Of a stretch of 64,000 nucleotides of DNA, positions 10,876 through 20,536 are shown one piece after another. A program made the translations under genes and the position numbers. Under the pieces are notes generated by a model that saw only the letters and a program-made list of their open reading frames with translations, did no database searches and was not told where the DNA came from. The stretch lies in NCBI GenBank assembly GCA_965248575.1, contig CBDFJQ010000002.1:4256001-4320000 (forward strand), read 5' to 3'. This DNA comes from Planctomycetota bacterium. Lineage in GTDB: Bacteria > Planctomycetota > B15-G4. Position 1 is the stretch's first letter. Every line of letters starts with the position of its first letter.

Positions 10876-11283
10876 ATGTTCCAAGTCACCGAACTCCAGC
10901 TCGCTGTGTTGCGCGAGCTGTGGACCCAGGGGGAAGCGAGCGTCGCCGATGTACACGGCGCGCTCCAGAATGAGCGGGGCCTGGCCACCACGACGGTGGC
11001 CACCTTGCTCAGTCGCCTGCAGAAACGCGGCCTCGTCACCCACCGCACGGACGGGCGCAAGCATGTGTACCGCTCCACGGTTTCCGAGTCCGAGGTGCAG
11101 AGCGCGCTGCTCGACTCGGTGACGGACGGTGTGTTCGGAGGGGACGTCACCGCCTTGGTGAGCCACCTCTTGAGCAAGCGCGAGGTGAGCACGGGGGATC
11201 TTGCTGCCGTTCAGCAGATTCTGGATCGGATGCAGGATCAGGTGATGGACGAGGCCACGGATACGGAGACCCACGATGTTTGA
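10876..11283 (+). CDS. BlaI/MecI/CopY family transcriptional repressor
   Basis: TELQLAVLRELW and TTVATLLSRLQKRG winged HTH; AGGAGG RBS upstream of ATG 10876; overlaps the M56 gene. Confidence 0.93.
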   Translation: MFQVTELQLAVLRELWTQGEASVADVHGALQNERGLATTTVATLLSRLQKRGLVTHRTDGRKHVYRSTVSESEVQSALLDSVTDGVFGGDVTALVSHLLSKREVSTGDLAAVQQILDRMQDQVMDEATDTETHDV

Positions 11284-14200
11284 CGTCACGCCCCCGCAGT
11301 TTGTGTACGAGACGCTGGCCTGGTTGCTCACCTACGCCCTTCACAGCACGATCTTGATCGGAGGGATCTGGCTCGTGCTGCGTGCGCGGGTCGTGCGTTC
11401 TGCCGGCACGGAAGACGTGCTCTGGAAGATCGGTCTCGTGGGCGCCCTGCTCACGGCCACCGTCCAGACGGGGCTGGGCATCGAGCCCTTCTCAGGCACC
11501 TACACACTCGGGGCGGATGCGGCGCTCGGTTCCGATTCCTCGGACGACACGCGGACCCTACGGCCCATCACGCGGGCCCCGAAGCAGCTGGATGAGCCGC
11601 AGCAACCTGCTGAATTGGCGCTCGGGACGCTGCAACTGGCGAACGGCCAAGGCCTTCAGTTTGCGCTGGAAGAGCTGCCGGTGACGCCACGCCGACGGCT
11701 GGCCAACGTTCCGGCCTTCGTGCCAAGAGAGCAGGTCCGCCGCTTGTCCACCCTCCCTGACAGCACGGCCCGCAAGGAGTTCGTGAGTTCTGGAGCGAAT
11801 GTCGCAAGCAGCCCGGCTGTCCTCGCGTCCTTCCTCGACGGCGGCAGCAAGGCCGCCTACGAGCGTCCGGCCGCTGGCCAGGACAGTTCGACGACACGCG
11901 GCTCCCTGACGCCCTGGCTTGCCGCGAACTGGGCACCTGTGGTGGGTGGCCTGTGGCTGCTGCTCGCCGGCTTGGGATTGACGCGCTACCTGCATCTGCG
12001 TCGTCGCCTCACGCGCGCCCTGGGGGCGCGCACGCCCGTCGAGAGCGTGCGCATGCTCAGCATCTTCGGCCGGCTGGAACATCAGGCAGGCATCCGCGGC
12101 ACCGTGAACCTCACCGTCTCGCCCTTCCTCTCCGGGCCCATCGCCCTTGGTCGGCGCGAGATCTGCGTGCCGCACCGAGCGGTGTCCGAGCTCAACCCGC
12201 AACAGCAGGAGGCCTTGCTGGCCCATGAGTTGGCGCACATCCGGCGCCAGGATCCGTTCTGGCTCAATGTGTGCGCGGTGCTCGAGGCCGTGTTCTTCTT
12301 CCAGCCGCTCAACCGTCTGGCGCGCATGCGGTTGCAGGCTGTGTCCGAGTATCTCTGCGACGACTGGGCGGTGGACAGCACAGGTCGCAAGGTGACCCTC
12401 GCTCAGTGCCTGGCCGAAGTGGCCAGCTGGGTGGAGGACACCCGTGACGTCTTGCCCGTGGCTGGCATGGCTCGGGCGGACTCCTCCTTGCTGAAGCGCG
12501 TGCGTCGCATCGCCGAGCGACCGCCGCAGCAGCGGGCCTTGCGCCGCTCGGCGGCCGCACTGCTGGCCATGACCCTCTTGGGTGTCGTGTCCTGCAGCGT
12601 GCCAGGCATCTCGGCCGGATCTTCCGAGGGCAGTGTGCTTGATCAGCTCCAGGCCTTCGTGCGAAGCGCCTTTGCGACGCTCTCACCGGCGACGTTGGAG
12701 CTCGTGTCCGAGGAGGGCATCCAAGCTGACAAGCAGGACGCAGCCGATGCTCCCCTCGCTGATCCGGATGCCGAGAGCTGTGCCGACGCGTCCGAGTGCC
12801 AAGCTGCAGACGAGCCCGTGGTGTTCCCGGATGCGCCTCCTGCCGAGGCCGCGCAACCCTTCCAGCGTCGGCTGAACCGGCGCTCGGCTCCAGACGGAGT
12901 CGTGAGCCAGCCGCTGAGCTGGCCGACGCCCGTCGCGGATCCCTTTGCCTCCCCCGCACCTGTTGCGGCCTTCCGGATCCAGGACGCCCCGGCTTCCAGC
13001 GCCGATGCCCCCGCGGACGATTCCCAGACCATCACGCTCCGTGTGGTGGATGGCGAGGTCACCGGTGTGGATGCGTCGGGCAGGACCTTCCGCATCCTCG
13101 GTGTCAGTCAATCGGGCTCCCAGTCCGGCACTCACATTGAGTTCAAGAACGGTGTCTTGCGAGTCATCGATGGAACGGGTGACACCCTGGTCGAGCTCGA
13201 AGTGGAAGGAGAGGATGCGGACAGGCCCGTGCTGCTGCGTGCGCCCCGGATCGAAATCCGCCAGCAGGGTGAGCGTTTGCGCCGTGCCCCGCGTTCCGAG
13301 CAAGCGGGTCGCCGTAGCTGGCGCTTCGCGGCGGAGCCGAGAGAGCCTAGAGAGCCGCGAGAGCCCTCGGCACCGTCGAGCTGGGTCCCGCGCCCGCCCC
13401 AGGAATTGCGCGAACCCCGCGAGCCCCGTGAGCCCATGGCGCCACGCGAACCCCGCGAACCCCGCGAGCCTCGGGAACCTCGTGCCCCTCGCGATGGCTC
13501 CTGGGTCGAAGCCGACTCCCAGGATGAAGGTGAAGACTCCTGGGTGCAGCTCGAGGATGAGATCGCCCGCGGGCTTGAAGAGGTGCTGCGTGAGTTCGAT
13601 CTCGAACGTCGGGAACTTGAAGAGGCCTACGAAGAGGGCATGCGTGAGCTCGGCCAGGTGATGGAGGAGTTGCAGCGGGGGTTCTCCCGCGAGCAACATT
13701 CCCTGTCACGGGAGTTCGAGCAGGCTACGCATGAAGGGCAGCGCGAGTACGAGCAGGCGCTGGAGCTCTGGAACCGTGAGTTCTCAGAGGGCACCGATGC
13801 ACTGTTCCGTGAAAACCAAGAGGTCCTGCGCCACTTCCATAAAGAGTTAGAGGAGATGCAGCGCAAGCTGCGGGACGAACCAGAGGCCTTCGACGACTTC
13901 TTCCAGACCTGGGAACAGGAGCAAGGCGAATGGGAGCAGGACTTCGAGAACGAGTGGGAGTCCTGGGAGGAAGACTTCGAGTACGAGCTGAAGGAGCTCG
14001 ATGAGGAGTACGAGCTGTGGTGGGAAGAGCTCGAAGAGGAGTTCGAGTTCGAGCTGGAAGGACTCGAGGAAGAGTTCGAGTTCGGCATGGAGGACTGGCA
14101 GTTTGAGATGGAGGGGTTCGAAGGAGAGTACGAGCTGGCCTTCGCCGAATATGAAGACCTCTTCGAGCAGTCCATCGAGGCCGCCTCCTGGCGGGACTGC

Positions 14201-14407
14201 GACCACGACTGCGAGGACGAATGCAGCCGTGGGTGCACCCACCCTGACGAGCCCGAGCCCGAGGACTGCGACGAAGGCTCCGACTTCGAGTACGAGTTCG
14301 AGGACACGTCCGACTGCGAAGCCGAGTCCGACTGCGAAGCCGAAGCCGACTGCGAAGCCGAAGCCGAGTGCGACGCAGAGAGCGAGTCCGACGTCGGCGT
14401 GGGCTGA
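11276..14407 (+). CDS. M56 (BlaR1-like) metallopeptidase with a long low-complexity acidic C-terminus
   Basis: N-terminal TM helices, HELAH zinc motif, FFFQPL, EYLCDD; then (PRE)n repeats, an E/W/F-rich helix and DCEAE repeats. Confidence 0.9.
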   Translation: MFDVTPPQFVYETLAWLLTYALHSTILIGGIWLVLRARVVRSAGTEDVLWKIGLVGALLTATVQTGLGIEPFSGTYTLGADAALGSDSSDDTRTLRPITRAPKQLDEPQQPAELALGTLQLANGQGLQFALEELPVTPRRRLANVPAFVPREQVRRLSTLPDSTARKEFVSSGANVASSPAVLASFLDGGSKAAYERPAAGQDSSTTRGSLTPWLAANWAPVVGGLWLLLAGLGLTRYLHLRRRLTRALGARTPVESVRMLSIFGRLEHQAGIRGTVNLTVSPFLSGPIALGRREICVPHRAVSELNPQQQEALLAHELAHIRRQDPFWLNVCAVLEAVFFFQPLNRLARMRLQAVSEYLCDDWAVDSTGRKVTLAQCLAEVASWVEDTRDVLPVAGMARADSSLLKRVRRIAERPPQQRALRRSAAALLAMTLLGVVSCSVPGISAGSSEGSVLDQLQAFVRSAFATLSPATLELVSEEGIQADKQDAADAPLADPDAESCADASECQAADEPVVFPDAPPAEAAQPFQRRLNRRSAPDGVVSQPLSWPTPVADPFASPAPVAAFRIQDAPASSADAPADDSQTITLRVVDGEVTGVDASGRTFRILGVSQSGSQSGTHIEFKNGVLRVIDGTGDTLVELEVEGEDADRPVLLRAPRIEIRQQGERLRRAPRSEQAGRRSWRFAAEPREPREPREPSAPSSWVPRPPQELREPREPREPMAPREPREPREPREPRAPRDGSWVEADSQDEGEDSWVQLEDEIARGLEEVLREFDLERRELEEAYEEGMRELGQVMEELQRGFSREQHSLSREFEQATHEGQREYEQALELWNREFSEGTDALFRENQEVLRHFHKELEEMQRKLRDEPEAFDDFFQTWEQEQGEWEQDFENEWESWEEDFEYELKELDEEYELWWEELEEEFEFELEGLEEEFEFGMEDWQFEMEGFEGEYELAFAEYEDLFEQSIEAASWRDCDHDCEDECSRGCTHPDEPEPEDCDEGSDFEYEFEDTSDCEAESDCEAEADCEAEAECDAESESDVGVG

Positions 14408-14507
14408 CGGAAAAAGTGCGCGGGCACCTGCACGTTTTCACGGCAGGCACCCGCGCAGTGGAAGGAGCTCCCACCCACCGGGGGCGCGGTGGAACAGGGT
14501 GGGCGCT

Positions 14508-16826
14508 TCAGGCGCTCTTGGTGGAAGTCCGCCGGCTCTCCAACCGGCAACGTTCCTGAACTTCCCGAAGCATCCTTCCGAATCGTGCTGAGTTGCGCGG
14601 GCCGACCAGCAGCGTGTCGGACTGCAGTCGTACTGGGTCGGCGAAGCCCGTGTTCACGGCGCGCTCGAGATACGCCAGCGCGAGGCCTTCGTCCTGAGCC
14701 TTCGCATGCACCCGGGCCAGTTGGTAGAGACCCTCCGGCACACCGTAGGTCGAGTTCCGGTTCGAGTGCAGGGTGAAGGCCTCCAGCACTTCTGCGGCTC
14801 CCGCCAGATCGCCGGAGTTCATCAGGCTCTCAGCGAGGTTCAGGTTGGCCCTGTGGCTAGGTGCCAGCTGCGCTGCGAAGAGGCGCCAGGTGTGGGCCGC
14901 TTTCTGCCAGTCGCCGACATCCTGGGCTTTGCTGGCTGCGTTCCAGAGTGCCGTTCGCGAGCTCACCTCTGCGAGCAGTTGCACCATGGGGGGGTGTTGA
15001 CGCAGGGGTGAGAGGTCTGGGTCCTCGGCGAGCATCTGCCACTGGTCGAAGCCGTGGTCGATGGCGGCCCCGAGCGCTTCCATGGCGCCCTCGAGGTTGC
15101 CGAGACGGGCCCTGGCGCAGGCCGTGTTGTATTGGGCGGTGGCGACCGAGTAGCGCATGTCGATCTGCTCTGCGCAGAGTTGCTCGGCCTCCTCGTAGCC
15201 CGAGGTGCCAAACAGGGAGAACGCCAGCATCAGGGTGGCGTAGCCGTTCTCCGGGCAGAGCACCCGGAGCGCACGGAAGTCGGTGATGGCCGATTCCCAC
15301 TGCTTCTGCTGCACAGCCGTGTCGGCACGTTCACGCAGGGCTATGACCTGATCGGCGTCGGAGATGATGGCCGCGAGTTGACCCCCAGCGCGCAGGCTTT
15401 GCAGGCGGGGTTCAGACTTCAACCACTCGGTGTCTGCGTAGCCTGCCCGCAGCGCGGCCCGCAGGTGGCTCAGGGCCTGGATGTGGTCGCCACGGGATGC
15501 GAAGGCGCTGGCCATGGCTGACTCTGCAGAGGCGAGCCCCTCGCCGGTGTCGCGCTGCCGTTCGAAGGCGATCAGAGCCAACTCGTGTTGTTCGAGTTCG
15601 AGGTGCGCCCGGCCCAGGCGGTGCAAGGCGCGAGGGTTGTCGGGCGACTGAACGACCACCTGCCCGTAGAGGGCGACAGCGCCAAGCCAGTCGCTGGTGT
15701 CGTAGGCATGGGCCGCAGCCTGGGAGAGCTGGGCGGCTTCGACGACAGGCAAGAGGGCCGCTGCGATGTCGGGTTGCGCTGGTTCGACGTCGGCGGAGCT
15801 GGCATCCAGGGCCAGATGCGCGCCGGGGATGTGCGGCTGGGTGGCTTCGCGCAGCGCGTCCAGGTGCGGCAGCAAGGCGACGGCAGCCACGGCAGCAGCC
15901 ACGGAGAGCAGCGGTGACGCGCGGTGTGAGACGTCCGGGTTCATGATGAGCGCGAGGCGCCGGCGGAAGGCACGCGGTGCTGACGTCCCGACCCCGAGTG
16001 CCGGGCCCAGCCCTGCGCCGGAGTGTTCCGCTCGCCCCCCTTGGGCGGCCACGTCGATCAGCGCCTCGGCGTAGTCGCGACGGCTCTCTGGGAGCGCCCA
16101 GACCGCCCAGGCGTCGCAGGCCTCCTCCGCGTGGCTGCGCACGCGTCGGCGCACGAACCAGAAGACAGGGTTCCACCAGCAGGCAGCCATGGCGGCCACC
16201 TCGAACCAGGCCACCCAGTGATCCCGGCGACGGACGTGCGCCAGCTCGTGGGCCACGATGCCGCGCACGCAACGACTCCCCGCAGCGCGCTGCTTGGAAG
16301 ACGGCCACAGGAACATAGGCCGACGCAGGCTCCAGATGATGGGCGACCTGAGCCCTTCGAGCAGACGCGTGTCGGGCGTCCGCACGGAGAGCACCTGTGC
16401 CATGTAGGAGACCGTGCGAAGTAGCGGCGCGGGGGCCTGTTGGGCTTGTGTCACCCGATGCTGCATCTGCCGGCAACGTCGCAGCTGGCACCAGACAACG
16501 GCGAGTGCCCCGGCCATCCAGACGCTGGCGACCGCAACCCAAACGGTCTGGCTCGCCGCGAGCAAGGCGCCGGCCAGGGAGGTCTGCAGCGCCGAAAGTC
16601 CGTCGATTCGCAGGGCCTGCTGGCCCACCAGCGCGAGGGCGGTGCGCACGGCTTCGGGTGCCTCGAGTGGAAGCGGCGGGAGCACGAGGCGCACCAGGAT
16701 CACCAACCACAGGGCGTGACACAGGGCGGGGCGGGAGCGGAGCAACCAGCAGACCGGCAAGGCCAGTGCCGACAGCAGCAAGGCCGCCAGGGTGTTGTCG
16801 AGCATCCAGTGAAGCATCGGGGTCAC
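14508..16826 (-). CDS. M56 (BlaR1-like) metallopeptidase with C-terminal TPR repeats
   Basis: HELAHVRRRDH, WWNPV, EEACDAW; TPR units such as YNTACARARLG...ALGAAIDHGF. Confidence 0.9.
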   Translation of the reverse strand: MTPMLHWMLDNTLAALLLSALALPVCWLLRSRPALCHALWLVILVRLVLPPLPLEAPEAVRTALALVGQQALRIDGLSALQTSLAGALLAASQTVWVAVASVWMAGALAVVWCQLRRCRQMQHRVTQAQQAPAPLLRTVSYMAQVLSVRTPDTRLLEGLRSPIIWSLRRPMFLWPSSKQRAAGSRCVRGIVAHELAHVRRRDHWVAWFEVAAMAACWWNPVFWFVRRRVRSHAEEACDAWAVWALPESRRDYAEALIDVAAQGGRAEHSGAGLGPALGVGTSAPRAFRRRLALIMNPDVSHRASPLLSVAAAVAAVALLPHLDALREATQPHIPGAHLALDASSADVEPAQPDIAAALLPVVEAAQLSQAAAHAYDTSDWLGAVALYGQVVVQSPDNPRALHRLGRAHLELEQHELALIAFERQRDTGEGLASAESAMASAFASRGDHIQALSHLRAALRAGYADTEWLKSEPRLQSLRAGGQLAAIISDADQVIALRERADTAVQQKQWESAITDFRALRVLCPENGYATLMLAFSLFGTSGYEEAEQLCAEQIDMRYSVATAQYNTACARARLGNLEGAMEALGAAIDHGFDQWQMLAEDPDLSPLRQHPPMVQLLAEVSSRTALWNAASKAQDVGDWQKAAHTWRLFAAQLAPSHRANLNLAESLMNSGDLAGAAEVLEAFTLHSNRNSTYGVPEGLYQLARVHAKAQDEGLALAYLERAVNTGFADPVRLQSDTLLVGPRNSARFGRMLREVQERCRLESRRTSTKSA

Positions 16827-16851
16827 TCCTCGTGCGATCTCGGCCCGGGGC

Positions 16852-17283
16852 TCAGGGCTTTGAATTCCGACGGCGCTTTCGGGGCGTCGGCGGGGTCTCC
16901 ATGTCGTCCAAGAGTTGTCGGAAGTCGCGAATCTCGTCTGCCGAGAAGCGGCGCCCTTGAACCAAGGACATCACCAGCGGCAAGGAGGTGCCTTCACACA
17001 CACGCTCGGCCAGGTCGTCGAGCTGTTCGCCGAGGAACGCTTCCCGTGAACGCGCTGCCCGAAACTCGTGGGCCCTGCCCTGAGACTTGCTGGGCGCCTT
17101 GCTGACCACATAGCGCTTGGCCACCAGGCGTGTGAGCAGCGTTTGGACGGTGGTGTAGGCCCAGGATCTTCCTGACAAATCCAGGTGGCCGCGGATCTCG
17201 CGCACCGTCCCGGGGCCGTGGGCCCAGAGGGTCTTGAGCACGACGAGTTCCGTCTCGCTGATGGGGAGTGAAGTGGGAGTCAT
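16852..17283 (-). CDS. BlaI/MecI/CopY family transcriptional repressor
   Basis: ISETELVVLKTLW and WAYTTVQTLLTRLVAK; upstream of an M56 gene. Confidence 0.93.
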   Translation of the reverse strand: MTPTSLPISETELVVLKTLWAHGPGTVREIRGHLDLSGRSWAYTTVQTLLTRLVAKRYVVSKAPSKSQGRAHEFRAARSREAFLGEQLDDLAERVCEGTSLPLVMSLVQGRRFSADEIRDFRQLLDDMETPPTPRKRRRNSKP

Positions 17284-17395
17284 TCGTTTTCCTGGGAAGA
17301 CCCTTGGCGGACAGGCGTCGGGAGGGCGCCTGTGACCGACCAGTCAGGGCGGAGGACATGGGATTGGTCGAGCTGAGACTCCCGTGTGCTTCTCA

Positions 17396-17424
17396 CTCCT
17401 ACGGCTTGTAGGAGGAAGCGTCAA
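17396..17424 (-). promoter_or_regulatory. Putative promoter (-35 TTGACG) with a palindromic BlaI-type operator
   Basis: Minus strand reads TTGACG-CTTC-CTCCTACAAGCCGTAGGAG (TACA-N3-CGTA core), upstream of the second BlaI gene. Confidence 0.65.
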
Positions 17425-17608
17425 GCGGGTAACGGCGTCCCCACTTTCCCGGATCAATCTTCCTTCCCGAGCTGGCGAGTGTCCCAGGCCTTCCGCCGCG
17501 ATAGCCTAGGCGCCTCCTCAATGTGTGCAGCCCCGGCCGCGACGGCGCGGGGCGGCCAGCTGACGGGCTTTTTCACCAGTTACAGGGTGGTCGGACGGGG
17601 GTCTTGGT

Positions 17609-20536
17609 GTGTCAGAGGTGAGCTTCCTGGGTTGGGACGAGGCCTTTCTGCCCCGAGTGGCCGATTGGCTTGTAGCTCGCTTCGTGGATACCAGCGGCGC
17701 TCCCGCCGCTGCCAGCTGGGACATGGGTCGGCTGGTGGTGGCCTTGCCGGGGCGCCGTGCTGGGCGTCGCCTCGAGGAGCTGCTGGTGGATCGCTGCGAG
17801 CAGGTGAGCGGCGCCGCCGCGAGCTTCGTGCCCCCGGAGGTCACCACCGCAGGGCGGCTGACGGACCGCTTGCTCTCCCTGGAGCGCACGGCGGCGGGAG
17901 GGTTGGTGCGTTCCCTGGCCTGGGCCCACGTGCTGCGGCAGTGCAAGGCCAGCAAGCTGGCACCGTTGCTCAAGCGGCCATCCAGCGCAGGGGGCGGGGC
18001 GTTCCAGGAGTGGTGGGTTCACGCGGATCAGTTGCGCAGCCTGCACGCTGATCTGGGTGGTGAGGGCCTGGGCTTCCAGGACGTGTTGAGTGAGCTCTCG
18101 CGTTCGGGCCCCGCTTCGGAGCGCGGGCGCTGGAAGATCTTGGTGGAGCTCCAGGCAGCCTATGCAGCGCAGCTCGACGCCCTCGGCTTCGACGACCCGC
18201 ACCTCTCCCGTCGAACCGCCATCGAGCAAGGTCGGTTGCGGCAGGACGTCGAGGTGGTGCTGGCGGGGGTGACCGACCTCAGCGGTTTGCTGCGTGCGAC
18301 CTTGGCCCAATTGAGCCAGCCCGTGCACACGCTGGTGTTCGCGCCGGAGGGGCTGGCGGATCACTTTGATGACTTGGGCTGCGTTCGCTCGGATGCTTGG
18401 GCGAGCTACCAGATGCCGTTGCACGCGGCCCGCTGGCAGGTGGCGAGTCATCCCGCGGGCCAGGCGGAGGCGGCGGCAGACGCCCTGGCCGGGTGGGCTG
18501 CCCAGCGATCCGCAGCCGAGATCACCCTGGGTGTGGCCGATGGCGAGGTGGTGCCCTTCCTGGAGCGACAGCTGGCGAGTCGGGGCGTGCCCACCCGACG
18601 CGCGGCGGGGCCGTCCCTCTCGTCGTCTCCGGTCCTGAGTCTTCTGCGCGCCGTGTCGCGCGAGTTGGGCGCAGGAGATTTCGAGTGCTCCGCGGCCTTG
18701 GTTCGACACCCCGACCTGGAGGCCTGCCTCGCGCGCGGGGGCGAAGCCGTGGCGCGGGGGGCGGTGGCAAGCTGCGATGCCTTCGCACCAGAGCACCTCC
18801 CTCGCCGCCGCGGGCTCAGCGTGGAATTGAAGCGCACCGCCGACGCCCGCGAGGTGACCCAGATGGCCGCTGTGCACGGTGCACTGGACAATGTGCTGGG
18901 CGAGCTCGCAGCACGCGAGCGAACGCTCAACGCCTGGGCTCCGGTCATCGCTTCCTTCCTGCAGCGCGTCTACGGCGAGCGCTCTTGGGAACCGGACGAA
19001 CTGGCTGCGGGCCCTGTCCACGAGGCGCTGCTCGTGGCGTCCCTGGATGCCGTGGGTGTCGCACTGCGAGAGATGCAGGTCCTCCCCCGCTCGCTGGCCG
19101 ACGAGCTGTCGGTGACGGCGGCGGAGGCACTGGACGTCTTGTTGGCAAGCCTGGCGGGGGAGACCCTCCCCGCCCCCGCAGCCGAGCAGGCCGTGGAGAT
19201 GTTGGGTTGGTTGGACGTGCCCCACGACGATGCACCAGCCTTGGTGTTGACGGGCTTCAATGAAGGGCGCGTGCCGGCGGCGGTGCGAGGCCACGCCTTC
19301 CTTCCCAATGGACTGCGCTCCCGCTTGGGGATGGCGGATGACGCCCAGCGCTTCGCCCGCGACGCCCACGCCTTGGCGTCCATCCTCCACTCCGGGCGAG
19401 ACGTCTGCCTGCTCAGCGGCCGAGCGGATTCCCGAGGCGACCCCCTGCAGCCCAGTCGCCTCGCCTTCCTCGGCTCGGATGAGGACGTCCTGTTGCGCGC
19501 GAAGGCTTGCCTGCCTGGGGGAGAGGGGACGGCGGAGAGCGCACGCCCAGCTCGCAGCCAGGCCCCGGCGAGGCGGCAGCTGCCCATGGGGCCAGCACCG
19601 GCCTCCGACCAGAACCCCTTGCCGGCGCTTTCCGTGACGGCCTTCCGCGACTACCTCGCCTCACCTTATCTCTTCTACCTGCGGCGGCTGGCCCGTGTGG
19701 AGAGCGTGCAGGCCCAGGAGCGCGAGATGAATCCCTTGGTGTTCGGCAACGTCGCACACGATGTGTTGGAACGCTTCGGACGCAGCAACCTGCGGCACTC
19801 CCAGGATGAGCAGAAACTCGGCGAGGCGCTGCTGGGCTTCTTGGATCAAGAGCTGCTCAGCCGATTCGGTGCGCGGCCTTTGCCCGCTGTCGTGATTCAG
19901 GGCCGTCGGCTGGCCCATCGCCTGCGGACCTTCGCCCGTTGGCAGTCGGAGTGGCGGGCCGAGGGTTGGCGCATCCAGGAAGTGGAGTGGCAACCTACCG
20001 ACGAGCAGGCCGTGTCGCTGCTGGTGGACGACACGCCCTTGCTCCTGCGCGGTCGCATCGACCGCATCGATCGCCACGAACGCACGGGCGAGTGGGCAGT
20101 CATCGACTACAAGACCAGCGAGAAGGGGGACAAGCCACGCAGCACCCACGGGCCGGACAAGCAGGGCCTCTGGAAGGACCTGCAACTGCCGCTCTACCGC
20201 CTGCTGCTGCAGCCGTTGCTCGACGAGACGCGGCGGCGAGATGCCGGTGAGGGTGAGAGCGAGGACGTGGTGCGTCTTGGCTATGTTCCGCTCGGCAAGT
20301 CGCCCAAGGACACACGCTTCATCGAGGGCGAGTGGTCGGCTGACGAGTTGGCGGACGCCGTGCAGTGTGCGCGAAACGTGGTGCGCTCGGTGCGCGAGGG
20401 CGCGCTCCAGGAACTGGGCCGCTTTCCTGACCACGACCGGGTGCTGTCGGCCATCGCCGGGCGCGGTCTGCTGTCGGAGCACTCGGTCGGCAGCGAAGAG
20501 GATGGCGATGTCGATGTGTGGGGGGCGAGCTCATGA
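17609..20536 (+). CDS. addB: AddB-like subunit (inactive helicase-like region plus PD-(D/E)XK nuclease)
   Basis: LTGFNEGRVP, GNVAHDVLE, LRGRIDRID, VIDYKT, DLQLPLY; coupled to the AddA-like gene. Confidence 0.8.
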   Translation: MSEVSFLGWDEAFLPRVADWLVARFVDTSGAPAAASWDMGRLVVALPGRRAGRRLEELLVDRCEQVSGAAASFVPPEVTTAGRLTDRLLSLERTAAGGLVRSLAWAHVLRQCKASKLAPLLKRPSSAGGGAFQEWWVHADQLRSLHADLGGEGLGFQDVLSELSRSGPASERGRWKILVELQAAYAAQLDALGFDDPHLSRRTAIEQGRLRQDVEVVLAGVTDLSGLLRATLAQLSQPVHTLVFAPEGLADHFDDLGCVRSDAWASYQMPLHAARWQVASHPAGQAEAAADALAGWAAQRSAAEITLGVADGEVVPFLERQLASRGVPTRRAAGPSLSSSPVLSLLRAVSRELGAGDFECSAALVRHPDLEACLARGGEAVARGAVASCDAFAPEHLPRRRGLSVELKRTADAREVTQMAAVHGALDNVLGELAARERTLNAWAPVIASFLQRVYGERSWEPDELAAGPVHEALLVASLDAVGVALREMQVLPRSLADELSVTAAEALDVLLASLAGETLPAPAAEQAVEMLGWLDVPHDDAPALVLTGFNEGRVPAAVRGHAFLPNGLRSRLGMADDAQRFARDAHALASILHSGRDVCLLSGRADSRGDPLQPSRLAFLGSDEDVLLRAKACLPGGEGTAESARPARSQAPARRQLPMGPAPASDQNPLPALSVTAFRDYLASPYLFYLRRLARVESVQAQEREMNPLVFGNVAHDVLERFGRSNLRHSQDEQKLGEALLGFLDQELLSRFGARPLPAVVIQGRRLAHRLRTFARWQSEWRAEGWRIQEVEWQPTDEQAVSLLVDDTPLLLRGRIDRIDRHERTGEWAVIDYKTSEKGDKPRSTHGPDKQGLWKDLQLPLYRLLLQPLLDETRRRDAGEGESEDVVRLGYVPLGKSPKDTRFIEGEWSADELADAVQCARNVVRSVREGALQELGRFPDHDRVLSAIAGRGLLSEHSVGSEEDGDVDVWGASS

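Noticed and set aside
13627..14550. Ser-rich 307-aa ORF on the minus strand
   Set aside because: Antisense read of the Glu-rich M56 tail.
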